From a virus: a stretch of DNA of 64,000 bases. The notes beneath the pieces are model-generated. The model did not search any database, had not been told where the DNA came from, and worked only from the letters and a program-made list of their open reading frames with translations. Shown here one piece after another: positions 1 to 9,406 of this stretch (positions within the stretch are counted from its first letter, which is position 1; each line of letters begins with the position of its first letter). The stretch covers positions 20,532 through 84,531 of the IMG/VR virus record IMGVR_UViG_3300028392_000053; one strand, given 5' to 3'. The position numbers and the translations under genes are program-made.

Positions 1-381
1 TATTCACTGAGAAAAATTGTTTCACAGGAAGGAACATACATATGTAACGATGATTGTGAATCTCTTGGTAAATGGAACTCGGTTATCAATGATAAATTTA
101 TTGATGTGAATTGCTTTATGATTCCAAAGATGGCGGCAATTAATTTTTCCCCTTATTGGTATCGCCGTGCAAGGCATCCACAAGAACAACCAGAAGTTGA
201 TAGAATTTTATCTCCATTTATGATGCAAAACTTTCAAAAATTTGACACGAATGGTGAGTACACTGTAAACTACAGAGTAGCCAGCCGAGCAGATTCAGTA
301 CAAGATGTTTTCTTTATTAAAGGAAATGAAGTGATGAAACAGAAAATGAATGGAGAATACCCATGGCGCAAAAAGACCTAA
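1..381 (+). CDS. glycosyltransferase-like protein, C-terminal part (5' truncated by window)
   Basis: Frame open from base 1 (YSLRKIVSQEGTYICNDDCESLGKW...YTVNYRV); sits at the head of a sugar-enzyme cluster. Confidence 0.55.
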   Translation, partial: YSLRKIVSQEGTYICNDDCESLGKWNSVINDKFIDVNCFMIPKMAAINFSPYWYRRARHPQEQPEVDRILSPFMMQNFQKFDTNGEYTVNYRVASRADSVQDVFFIKGNEVMKQKMNGEYPWRKKT

Positions 382-1253
382 TCATAGGCGCATTCAACAA
401 CTATACAGATTATGATGTACTCAAACCTTGGGTGCAGTCAATCAAAGATACCGGTTTCAAAGGTGATACTGTATTATTTGCAATTGGAACTACACCAGAA
501 TTGGTGAAGAAACTAGGTGAAGAAAGTGTGATTGTCATATCACTTCCTAAAAATGATAGCATGATGATTCATATGCAACGTTTCATACACATCTATAACT
601 TTCTGAAACAAAAAGATTATCGTTATGTTGTTTCAACTGATGTGCGTGATGTTATCTTTCAATCGAACCCATTCGACTATATTGAAGATAAAATGAATTC
701 AATGTACGTAAAAGGACTTATCGCATCATCAGAAGTAATTAAAATTCAAGACGAAGAATGGAACAGAGACAACATTCTCAAAAATTTTGGAGAATACTTT
801 TATAATGAAGTGAAAGAAAATGAAGTTTGTAATGTAGGTATTCTTGCAGGTCGTTCTGAAACAATTAAAGAATTGTGTTTTTATCTTTATCAGTTTTCAT
901 TGAACCGCCCTGATTGGGTTTGCGACCAAGCCGCTTATAATGTGTTGCTTGGTACAAGACTTTGGTCATCACACACACATGTGACAAAATTAAAAGATGC
1001 ATGGGCTGTGAATGCACATGTGACAAACAAACCAGACCTTGTTGAAAAGCTGAAACCATATTTATTGGAAAAGGCACCTACAATGTCCAAAGAAGGTCTT
1101 ATTGTAAATTCAAATGGTAAACCTTTTGTTATTGTTCATCAGTATGATAGAGTTCCAGAATGGATGGAATATTTCTCTAAAAAATATGGAACAAATATAA
1201 CAAAAGACACCAATACTGGCAGTTCGCCTAAATACTTTCTGTACAACACATAA
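363..1253 (+). CDS. putative glycosyltransferase (GT-A-like)
   Basis: TDVRDVIFQSNPF (DxxD), CNVG, DQAAYN and VHQYDR motifs typical of GT-A-like phage/giant-virus enzymes. Confidence 0.65.
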   Translation: MAQKDLIIGAFNNYTDYDVLKPWVQSIKDTGFKGDTVLFAIGTTPELVKKLGEESVIVISLPKNDSMMIHMQRFIHIYNFLKQKDYRYVVSTDVRDVIFQSNPFDYIEDKMNSMYVKGLIASSEVIKIQDEEWNRDNILKNFGEYFYNEVKENEVCNVGILAGRSETIKELCFYLYQFSLNRPDWVCDQAAYNVLLGTRLWSSHTHVTKLKDAWAVNAHVTNKPDLVEKLKPYLLEKAPTMSKEGLIVNSNGKPFVIVHQYDRVPEWMEYFSKKYGTNITKDTNTGSSPKYFLYNT

Positions 1254-1285
1254 AATTCGTAATTTAATAAATATGGGACTTTGAA

Positions 1286-2116
1286 ATGAGCAAAATTAGT
1301 ATTGTAACCGCATTCTATGATATCGGCCGTGGTGACTGGTCAACAAGCACCGAGAAAAATGGTGGACCCCTTCCACATTATCTACAACGTTCAGTTGACA
1401 AATATATCGATCACTTCACACGCATGTGTGAGATTGATACTGAAATCATTGTATACACTTCACCTGACATTGCGCCACGTTTGGCCGCAATTTCTCCTAA
1501 TGTTAAAGTAGTTGAGTATGACTACTTCAATATTCACCAAGAACTCCGTGATAAGATTGAAGAAATTCAAAAATCACCAGAGTTCGTCAAAAAAATTAAT
1601 CCTTATCAAGTCCGTAATCCAGAATATTGGTCGAAAGACTATGTTGGTGTTACATCACTCAAAGCATTCTATGTTGCAGATGCATTTGAACGTGGTCTAA
1701 TCACGAATGAATTTGCCGCATGGGTTGACTTTGGTTATTGCCGTGATGATGAACATATTCCAACAAGCAAAACTTGGGAATATGATTTCACTCCAGGACT
1801 GATGCACTATTTTAATTATCGTGATCCAGAATTCAAACAGGCTAAACAACAAGTTTCGATGGCTGTACAGAATAATGTTGTATTCGTTATTGGTGGTGTA
1901 TTTGTTGCACAGAAAGAACCGTGGCAAGTTTTGGCTGTTGACATGAAAGAAGCCCTCGAATATTTGATGAGCATTGGTCTTGTTGACGATGACCAAGGTT
2001 TGTTGCTGATGGCATATTTTAAAAATCCCGACATGTATGAACTTCATAAGATGCCTCTTGATGCGCCTATTGAAGATGTACGTTCTATTTTAAGAAAGTT
2101 TAATAAACATGAGTAA
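1286..2116 (+). CDS. HtrL/YibB (WlaTC) family glycosyltransferase-like protein
   Basis: IVTAFYDIGRGDW N-terminus, WVDFG and DDDQ motifs. Confidence 0.75.
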   Translation: MSKISIVTAFYDIGRGDWSTSTEKNGGPLPHYLQRSVDKYIDHFTRMCEIDTEIIVYTSPDIAPRLAAISPNVKVVEYDYFNIHQELRDKIEEIQKSPEFVKKINPYQVRNPEYWSKDYVGVTSLKAFYVADAFERGLITNEFAAWVDFGYCRDDEHIPTSKTWEYDFTPGLMHYFNYRDPEFKQAKQQVSMAVQNNVVFVIGGVFVAQKEPWQVLAVDMKEALEYLMSIGLVDDDQGLLLMAYFKNPDMYELHKMPLDAPIEDVRSILRKFNKHE

Positions 2117-3491
2117 GTTAGTTATTTTCGACCTTGATGGAGTTTTGATTGATTCGCGTGAACTACATTATGATGCACTCAATGATGCACTCCGTAAAGT
2201 TGGTGAAGAATTTGTAATTACACGTGAAGAACATCTCAGTAAGTATGATGGTCTGAATACGACTAGAAAATTAAAAATGTTGACCGAACAAAAAGGTCTT
2301 CCAATTTCAACGTATGACCAAGTTTGGCAAGACAAACAAGAAGCAACATTCAAGTTAGTGCGTGGTTTTTGTAAAGAGTATTTGTTACAAACTATCTTCC
2401 GCCAAATCAAGGCGCGTGGTTATAAAATTGCTGTAGCATCAAATGCAATTCGTGAAACTGTAAAATTATCTCTACTAAGTATTGGTGTGATGGACGAAGT
2501 TGATTATTTCGTCAGTAATGAGGATGTGGCGAGGGCTAAACCTTATCCAGAAATGTACTGGAAATGTATGACAGCACTCAATGCACTTCCTAAAAATACA
2601 ATTATTGTAGAAGATAGTCACATTGGACGCCAAGGCGCATTGGACTCTGGAGCGCACCTGCTTGCAGTTGAAAATGCAAAAGAAGTTAACTCTGAACATA
2701 TGATGCAAAGGATTTATGACCTGATGAATACGATTGAAGGTACAAGCAAAAAGTCTCTACCATGGAGAGATAAAAAATTGAATATTTTGATTCCAATGGC
2801 TGGCGCTGGCTCACGTTTTGCACAAGCTGGATACACTTTCCCTAAACCTCTTATTGAAGTTCGTGGTAAACCAATGATTCAAGTTGTGGTAGAGAACCTG
2901 AATATCGAAGCAAATTATATTTTCTTAGTTCAAAAAGAACACTATGACAAATACAATCTGAAGTATCTTTTAAATTTGATTGCACCAAATTGCAAGATTG
3001 TTCAAGTTGATGGCATCACAGAGGGTGCGGCTTGCACAACTCTCCTTGCTAAAGAATACATCGATAATGATGCACCGTTGGTTATGGCTAACTCCGACCA
3101 GTTTGTTGAATGGAACTCCAATGAATGTATGTACGCATTCTCAGCAGATTCTATCGATGGTGGTATTCTCACATTCAAAGCAACACATCCAAAATGGTCC
3201 TATGCTAAACTAGACGAAGATGGTTTTGTTTCAGAAGTTGCAGAGAAGAAAGTCATTTCAGATGAAGCAACAGTTGGTATTTACTACTGGCGTCACGGCT
3301 CGGACTATGTTAAATATGCTGAACAGATGATTAAGAAAGACATTCGGACTAATGGTGAGTTCTACACTTGCCCCGTGTTCAACGAAGCCGTTGGTGATGG
3401 TAAAAAAGTTCGCGTAAAAAATATTGAAAAAATGTGGGGCATCGGCACACCTGAAGACCTGAATTATTTCTTAGACAATCATAAGGAATAA
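2109..3491 (+). CDS. HAD phosphatase fused to sugar-phosphate nucleotidyltransferase
   Basis: FDLDGVL, KPYPE and VEDS HAD motifs; then IPMAGAGSRF...PKPLIEV NTP-transferase motif and GTPEDL end. Confidence 0.85.
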   Translation: MSKLVIFDLDGVLIDSRELHYDALNDALRKVGEEFVITREEHLSKYDGLNTTRKLKMLTEQKGLPISTYDQVWQDKQEATFKLVRGFCKEYLLQTIFRQIKARGYKIAVASNAIRETVKLSLLSIGVMDEVDYFVSNEDVARAKPYPEMYWKCMTALNALPKNTIIVEDSHIGRQGALDSGAHLLAVENAKEVNSEHMMQRIYDLMNTIEGTSKKSLPWRDKKLNILIPMAGAGSRFAQAGYTFPKPLIEVRGKPMIQVVVENLNIEANYIFLVQKEHYDKYNLKYLLNLIAPNCKIVQVDGITEGAACTTLLAKEYIDNDAPLVMANSDQFVEWNSNECMYAFSADSIDGGILTFKATHPKWSYAKLDEDGFVSEVAEKKVISDEATVGIYYWRHGSDYVKYAEQMIKKDIRTNGEFYTCPVFNEAVGDGKKVRVKNIEKMWGIGTPEDLNYFLDNHKE

Positions 3492-3493
3492 AA

Positions 3494-4105
3494 ATGATTT
3501 TATTTGATGTAGGCACGCATCACGGGCAAAATTCTTTGAACATAACACATCGTAATCCTGATGTTATTTGTTATGCGTTCGAACCCACACCTGAACTTGC
3601 AAGGCTTCTCCGTATTGCCGCTGAAGCAAGGAATATGAAAGAACGTTATCATGTTTACGAACATGCTATTTCAGATTTTGACGGAGAAGCGGATTTTCAT
3701 ATGGTACAAGGTGATACTGGTTCAGCTTCACTCAATGAATTCTCAGATAACTTATCCGAAATTTGGCCAGGTCGAACAGACTTTGTTGTTCGTGGCTCCA
3801 AAAAAGTTAATGTGTATAGACTGGACACTTGGTTAACAATTTTTGCACCAGAAATTACTTGTATTGGCCATCTACACATTGATGCACAAGGTTCAGACCT
3901 CGCCGTACTCAAAGGACTTGGAGAAAAAATATCGATGGTACAATCTGGTGTTATTGAAGTGCCACAAGAAGATAACCTAAGACTTTATAAAGGTCAACAC
4001 ACCAAACAAGATGCACTTGACTTTTTGGAACAAAACGGATTTGTGATTGATAAGATTATATCACAAGTAAATGAAGAAAACTTATATTTTGTGAGGAAAA
4101 AATGA
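3494..4105 (+). CDS. FkbM family methyltransferase
   Basis: DVGTHHG, AFEP and HIDAQGSDLAVLKG motifs. Confidence 0.8.
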   Translation: MILFDVGTHHGQNSLNITHRNPDVICYAFEPTPELARLLRIAAEARNMKERYHVYEHAISDFDGEADFHMVQGDTGSASLNEFSDNLSEIWPGRTDFVVRGSKKVNVYRLDTWLTIFAPEITCIGHLHIDAQGSDLAVLKGLGEKISMVQSGVIEVPQEDNLRLYKGQHTKQDALDFLEQNGFVIDKIISQVNEENLYFVRKK

Positions 4106-4818
4106 AAGTAGCATTGTTATTAACCGGTCATTTGCGTTGTTGGGAACAGGTTGCTCCCAATACAAGACAACATATTATCGACAAATACAATGCTGATGTT
4201 TTTCTCGAAACGTGGGACTCGGAAGCATATTGGGACCCACATTCACAAAAAGGTATAACTGATACAGGACCTAAAATTGATTTCGGTAAAGTGAATGAAG
4301 CATACAAACCTGTGCGACAAATGCGTTTCGATAGATATGAAATTTTTGAAGAAAACTTTTCAAAACGTGCGGAACAATTTACCAATTTTTATCATGTGCC
4401 GAAGAATCAAGTTTCTATGTGGTTTAAAGTCGGCCGTGGAATGACGATGGTCGAAGACTATATGATGTTAACTGGAGAACCATATGACCTAGTAATACGT
4501 ATGCGTCCAGATTTATATTTGAATGAACCTTTGCCGGATTTTGATCCGAATAAATTCTATACACTAGGTTATAGAAATCATATGGGTCAGGGTACTTCTG
4601 ACATGATTCAGATTGGTAATTTCTTTTCAATGAGTTTGTTTTGTAAAGTTCTAAATCATCTACCTCAACTTTATAAAGAAACTGGTTTGTTATGCCCTCA
4701 TGTTATCTCAGAGCATTTCATTAAACGCCTAGGTTTACCTTGGGAAGAATTTATGATTAACAAAACACTCATGCATACACCACTCGGTGAATATAAACAT
4801 AAGAGTCTCTATCAATGA
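4102..4818 (+). CDS. putative glycosyltransferase (ALLLTGxxR ... IRMRPD family)
   Basis: MKVALLLTGHLR, DVFLETW and YDLVIRMRPD; paralogous to 5242-5970. Confidence 0.6.
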   Translation: MKVALLLTGHLRCWEQVAPNTRQHIIDKYNADVFLETWDSEAYWDPHSQKGITDTGPKIDFGKVNEAYKPVRQMRFDRYEIFEENFSKRAEQFTNFYHVPKNQVSMWFKVGRGMTMVEDYMMLTGEPYDLVIRMRPDLYLNEPLPDFDPNKFYTLGYRNHMGQGTSDMIQIGNFFSMSLFCKVLNHLPQLYKETGLLCPHVISEHFIKRLGLPWEEFMINKTLMHTPLGEYKHKSLYQ

Positions 4819-5306
4819 TTTACATTGCACACCGTGGACTCTTTGAAGGTCCAGATAAAGAAAAAGAAAATCATCCGGACCAAATACGCACAGCATTAAA
4901 AAAAGGATACGATTGCGAAGTAGACCTTTGGAGAATTGAAAGAGAATGGTGGTTGGGTCATGATGAACCAACATATCGTGTTGATGAACCTTTCATTGGC
5001 CAACAAGGGTTGTGGTTACATTGTAAAAATTTAGATGCGCTCTATGAATTGATAAAAAGACCATTTAAATACATTTACTTTTGGCACCAAGAAGATGATT
5101 TTACTTTAACATCCAACGATGTTATTTGGACATATCCTGGAAAACACCTGACTAATAGATCAGTTGCCGTTGTTCCAGAAAGGTGTGAAGGATATTGGAA
5201 GCATGTTAAAACTTTAGACTTAGTTGGAGTGTGTACAGATTATGTTGAAAAATTCATTTCCGAAACTAGCACTTTGCCTGTCGGGTCAAGCCAGAAGCAG
5301 ATTTGA
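4815..5306 (+). CDS. PLC/GDPD-like phosphodiesterase
   Basis: IAHRG...EN, EVDLW, LGHD, HCKN, WTYPGK and GVCTDY motifs. Confidence 0.7.
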   Translation: MIYIAHRGLFEGPDKEKENHPDQIRTALKKGYDCEVDLWRIEREWWLGHDEPTYRVDEPFIGQQGLWLHCKNLDALYELIKRPFKYIYFWHQEDDFTLTSNDVIWTYPGKHLTNRSVAVVPERCEGYWKHVKTLDLVGVCTDYVEKFISETSTLPVGSSQKQI

Positions 5307-5970
5307 AGCATACCGATACATCAAAAAGAACTTGCTTGATGTATATGATGTTGATGTTTTTTGCCATACATGGAAACCACAAAGTTCCGCAATTAAGTTA
5401 TTTGAAGAATTAAATACGCTTTACAAACCTGTACTTTTTTCTTATGATACACCACTATCAGAATCAATAAATTCCGATCTATTTGTTCCGAATGCATCAC
5501 ATCCGGCAAACTTTTGCACATCGATGTTTTATTCAATATACCGAACAAATGACCTCAGGATTCGCCACCAGACACTAAATGATGTAAAATATGATTTTGT
5601 TATTAGAAGTAGATTTGACTTGGCACTTAATAAAGTCATTGACTTTTCTTCCTTGGAGAAAGGTAAAGTCTACGTATCAAAAGATACGGCCGGACCGAAT
5701 CCTTTACTGAATGACCAGTTTGCTATCTCTGACCCCGACACGATGAACGTGTACGCTTCAACTTTTCTACACCTAAGAAAGTTGCATGATTCTGGTGTTC
5801 AGTTATGTGGCCATGAAATGCTCCATGAGCAACTCACAAGTAATTCTATACCAGTTGAACGTATTGATATAGATCATCCATTTGTTGATGGTAAATTTAA
5901 CATAGGAAAGCATTCTTTAATTAGAGATGACATGAATAAATGGGTGGATATTAAGATTTGGGGTTACTAA
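5242..5970 (+). CDS. putative glycosyltransferase (ALCLSGQxR ... IRSRFD family)
   Basis: ALCLSGQAR, DVFCHTW, SMFYS, YDFVIRSRFD and NDQFA motifs. Confidence 0.6.
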   Translation: MLKNSFPKLALCLSGQARSRFEAYRYIKKNLLDVYDVDVFCHTWKPQSSAIKLFEELNTLYKPVLFSYDTPLSESINSDLFVPNASHPANFCTSMFYSIYRTNDLRIRHQTLNDVKYDFVIRSRFDLALNKVIDFSSLEKGKVYVSKDTAGPNPLLNDQFAISDPDTMNVYASTFLHLRKLHDSGVQLCGHEMLHEQLTSNSIPVERIDIDHPFVDGKFNIGKHSLIRDDMNKWVDIKIWGY

Positions 5971-5973
5971 ATA
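5966..5973 (+). promoter_or_regulatory. T4-type late promoter variant (ACTAAATA)
   Basis: Resembles TATAAATA; lies about 35 bp before the putative head-protein operon. Confidence 0.5.
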
Positions 5974-6007
5974 ACATATAGTCACAGTGTACTAACCAGA
6001 GAATTTA

Positions 6008-7204
6008 ATGATACCTTTTTCCCGATTTTTGACCGAACAGGAAGACCCTGAAGACGGTGCCAGCCGACAGATTAAACACCTGACGCACGTTGAAGACCGA
6101 CCACTCCAGACTGGAGAAAAGGGTGCAAAACATGCTATCAAATCTTTAACTGCTGCCGCAAATCACATACAACAAGGTAAAAAAAGTTCAGAGTTAACCA
6201 CAAAATATGATGGTTCTCCTGCTATCGTTTATGGTCATCAACCTGAAAACGGTAAGTTCTTTGTAGCATCAAAATCAGCTTTCAACAAGACTCCAAAGAT
6301 TAACTACACACCCGCTGATATTGAAAGGAACCACGGCCACGCGCCAGGTTTGGTTAGCAAATTAAAAGACGCACTGAAACATCTACCGAAGGTTGCACCA
6401 GAGAAAGGCGTATACCAAGGCGACATGATGTTTTCACAAGATGACAAAAAACCAGTCAAAGGCGGTGGAACATCTTTTCATCCAAACCCATCAGGATTAA
6501 CATATACTGCACACGGCACACATGAAAGTGCCGTTAAGAAGGCTAAAATTGGTGTTGTTACACATCTTTCCTATACAGGTAAAGATGCTGGCAGTTTAAA
6601 TGCATCACATGAAGTTGACCACGAAAACTTCAAGCCACACCCCGATGTATTCTCAGTTGATCCTAGAATGGATACATCAAAAGTTCATTTTGGTCCTAAA
6701 GATCGTGCAGAATTTAATAAACATATTGCTGCCGCACAGGCTGTACATGACACACACGGTGATGACATGTATGCTGGTACATCAACACATCGTGGAGTTG
6801 GTGGAGCATTAGAAACATATATGAACCATACGGTTCGCTCGGGTGAAACGCCGCACCACCAGAATTTTAAAAATTGGTTAGAAACAACCGAAAATAAAAA
6901 GATAGATAAGCTAAAGGTTGAAAAGAACAGAACAGTAAAACAAAAAGAACTAAAAGACCAACTTGGTAAAATTGAAAGAAACAAAAAACACTACAATAAT
7001 TTATTCAAAATGCATCAGCATTTGCAGAAAGCAAAAAACGTGCTAATTAATGTAATGAATCAACATCAAGAGTTTCAACATACACATGGTGGTGAAGCGG
7101 CAAATCCAGAAGGATATGTTTTTCATCACGGAAAAGAATCTGATAAGTTTGTTAACCGTGCAGAATTTTCACGTAGGAACTTTGCGGGAATTAGAAACAT
7201 ATGA
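6008..7204 (+). CDS. DUF6267-like protein with ATP-dependent ligase (covalent nucleotidyltransferase) motifs
   Basis: TTKYDGSPA (KxDG), YQGD, PEGYV and KFVNR motifs; N-terminus MIPFSRFLTE. Confidence 0.7.
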   Translation: MIPFSRFLTEQEDPEDGASRQIKHLTHVEDRPLQTGEKGAKHAIKSLTAAANHIQQGKKSSELTTKYDGSPAIVYGHQPENGKFFVASKSAFNKTPKINYTPADIERNHGHAPGLVSKLKDALKHLPKVAPEKGVYQGDMMFSQDDKKPVKGGGTSFHPNPSGLTYTAHGTHESAVKKAKIGVVTHLSYTGKDAGSLNASHEVDHENFKPHPDVFSVDPRMDTSKVHFGPKDRAEFNKHIAAAQAVHDTHGDDMYAGTSTHRGVGGALETYMNHTVRSGETPHHQNFKNWLETTENKKIDKLKVEKNRTVKQKELKDQLGKIERNKKHYNNLFKMHQHLQKAKNVLINVMNQHQEFQHTHGGEAANPEGYVFHHGKESDKFVNRAEFSRRNFAGIRNI

Positions 7205-9099
7205 AAAAGTTTTTACAAAAAGTAGAAGAAGACATGCAAACACATAAGCCTGTTGTTATGGCTTTTGGGCGTATGAATCCGCCGACTATTGGACATGAAA
7301 AGTTAGTTAATCGTGTTCAACAAATTGCACACGATTATCATGCGCCACACCACATTATCCTTTCACATTCCGTTGATGCTAAAAAGAATCCTTTGGATGT
7401 TAAACGCAAACTAATCCACGCCAGAAGATTCTTTCCTGGTGCAAACATCGAAGCATCAAGCAAAGAACAACCAACATTCTTACAACATGCGGCAAGACTG
7501 AATGCTATGGGACATGACCATTTGGTTATGGTTGCCGGTTCTGACCGTATTCCAGAATATGAAAAGAAACTCCATCAATACAACGGCGAAGGTCCTGGTA
7601 AACTATACGACTTCAAAAAGATTGAAGTGAAGTCTGCTGGCCAACGTGATCCTGATGCAGAAGGTGCAGAAGGTATGTCAGCATCAAAAATGCGCGAACA
7701 CGCACAAAATAACCACTTCTATGATTATGTTGATGCTCAAGGTAAAAAACAACCTGGATTCAAAAGTGGCATTCCATCACATGTATCAGAAAAACATGCA
7801 AAAGAATTATTCCGTGATGTTCGTAAAGGTATGGGTTTACACGAAAGTATCAATCATGGTTTATTCAAAGCTATTTTCATTTCTGGTGGTCCTGGTTCCG
7901 GTAAAGATATTATCATTCGTGAAGCTATTGCTGAACAGAACGCAGTTGAAATAACATCAACCACAGCAATATCAATATTGAATGATAAACATAAACTATA
8001 TGAGTTCTCACGTGATTCTCGCCGTGAAGCAATACGTCAGCGACAGCCTTTAGTTATCACAGGTACCACAAACGAACAATATAATATTATTGCCATACGT
8101 GAGGAACTTGAGGAACTTGGTTACGAAACTATGATGGTTTTTGTTAACACATCAAATGAATCATCTAGAAAGCGTAACGAAGGTCACGAAAGAATGATGG
8201 TAGAATCTGTTCGTCAGGAAAGATGGGAAGTCACACAACTTGTGGCAGAAAAATTCAATCAGGCCTTTAAAAAATATTTAGAGTTTGATAATTCAATGGA
8301 CCTGAATGAAGCAACTGAATTTGAAACGTCAGAGAAAGAAGAAGATATTTCAATCATATATGAAATGTCAAATTGGTTCTTTGACACTCCCGTTGAGAAT
8401 GAAATCGCCGAATCTTGGATGACAAGGCACAAAAAACATAATATCAATAAGATGTTTGAAAACTTTATAACAAAACCTACATTAGAAAAGGGATATAAAA
8501 AATATGTTTCAGAAACTAAAACAAATGGCAAGACTTCTAATGCCAAAGCAGGAACCTGTAGTTGCGGAAGCACCAAAGGACTCTTTACCGACAACATCTG
8601 TCCAAGTTGCGAACTTGTCAGAAGACAAGGTAAACCAGACGACATTAAAGACGGAGGAATTACCTCAAACTCAGGTTACACGTTCAGAACCTACGAAAGC
8701 AGTAGTCCAACCATCACCGTCAAAGGTGCAGAAAAAGAACCCCGTTTCCAACAAGACGCAGACAAACAAAAATCCAAGAGGCAAAAAGCCGCAGGCGCCG
8801 AAAGCGGCAAAGTCTTAAGACCAGCAGGTGTTTCTCCTGAGTATGATACCCGTGGTTCAGGCACAGTTTATCCAATGGCTGGTTTAAGTAATGTTAACTT
8901 TAAAGAACAAAGTGAGTATAAATATACCAGTACCGCAGAGGTGACACGCAAATCTTTCAATAAGTTTAGAAAAGAATCGATTGATTCTCCTAGCACAGAA
9001 ATGGGAGTCACCGGTGGTGAATATGGACCATCAAATAAAGAACCAATGGATACTCTGAATAAAATACCAGTGAATCCACCAAAGAAAAAAAAGAAATGA
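7201..9099 (+). CDS. cytidyltransferase-like (HIGH superfamily) domain fused to P-loop kinase
   Basis: FGRMNPPTIGH, AGSDR and MSASKMR motifs; then ISGGPGSGKD Walker A. Confidence 0.8.
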   Translation: MKKFLQKVEEDMQTHKPVVMAFGRMNPPTIGHEKLVNRVQQIAHDYHAPHHIILSHSVDAKKNPLDVKRKLIHARRFFPGANIEASSKEQPTFLQHAARLNAMGHDHLVMVAGSDRIPEYEKKLHQYNGEGPGKLYDFKKIEVKSAGQRDPDAEGAEGMSASKMREHAQNNHFYDYVDAQGKKQPGFKSGIPSHVSEKHAKELFRDVRKGMGLHESINHGLFKAIFISGGPGSGKDIIIREAIAEQNAVEITSTTAISILNDKHKLYEFSRDSRREAIRQRQPLVITGTTNEQYNIIAIREELEELGYETMMVFVNTSNESSRKRNEGHERMMVESVRQERWEVTQLVAEKFNQAFKKYLEFDNSMDLNEATEFETSEKEEDISIIYEMSNWFFDTPVENEIAESWMTRHKKHNINKMFENFITKPTLEKGYKKYVSETKTNGKTSNAKAGTCSCGSTKGLFTDNICPSCELVRRQGKPDDIKDGGITSNSGYTFRTYESSSPTITVKGAEKEPRFQQDADKQKSKRQKAAGAESGKVLRPAGVSPEYDTRGSGTVYPMAGLSNVNFKEQSEYKYTSTAEVTRKSFNKFRKESIDSPSTEMGVTGGEYGPSNKEPMDTLNKIPVNPPKKKKK

Positions 9100-9389
9100 T
9101 AAGTTTCAAACAATTTTTAGAAGAATCTGCCGCATGGAAGCGCAAAGAAGGTAAAAACCCCGAAGGTGGTTTAAACCGTAAAGGTATTGCTTCTTATCGC
9201 AGAGAAAATCCAGGTTCTAAACTTTCGATGGCTGTAACGACACCTCCTTCCAAGTTAAAAGCTGGAAGCAAAGCGGCTAATAGAAGAAAATCATTCTGTG
9301 CTAGAATGGGTGGAATGCCAGGTCCTATGAAGGATGAAAAAGGTAGACCAACTAGAAAAGCATTATCACTACGCAAATGGAACTGCTAA
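9096..9389 (+). CDS. conserved T4-like phage basic protein (DUF6321-like)
   Basis: AAWKRKEGKNPEGGLN...RRKSFCARM...ALSLRKWNC; N-terminus MISFKQFLEE. Confidence 0.65.
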   Translation: MISFKQFLEESAAWKRKEGKNPEGGLNRKGIASYRRENPGSKLSMAVTTPPSKLKAGSKAANRRKSFCARMGGMPGPMKDEKGRPTRKALSLRKWNC

Positions 9390-9406
9390 TTTTAACGGAG
9401 ACATAA

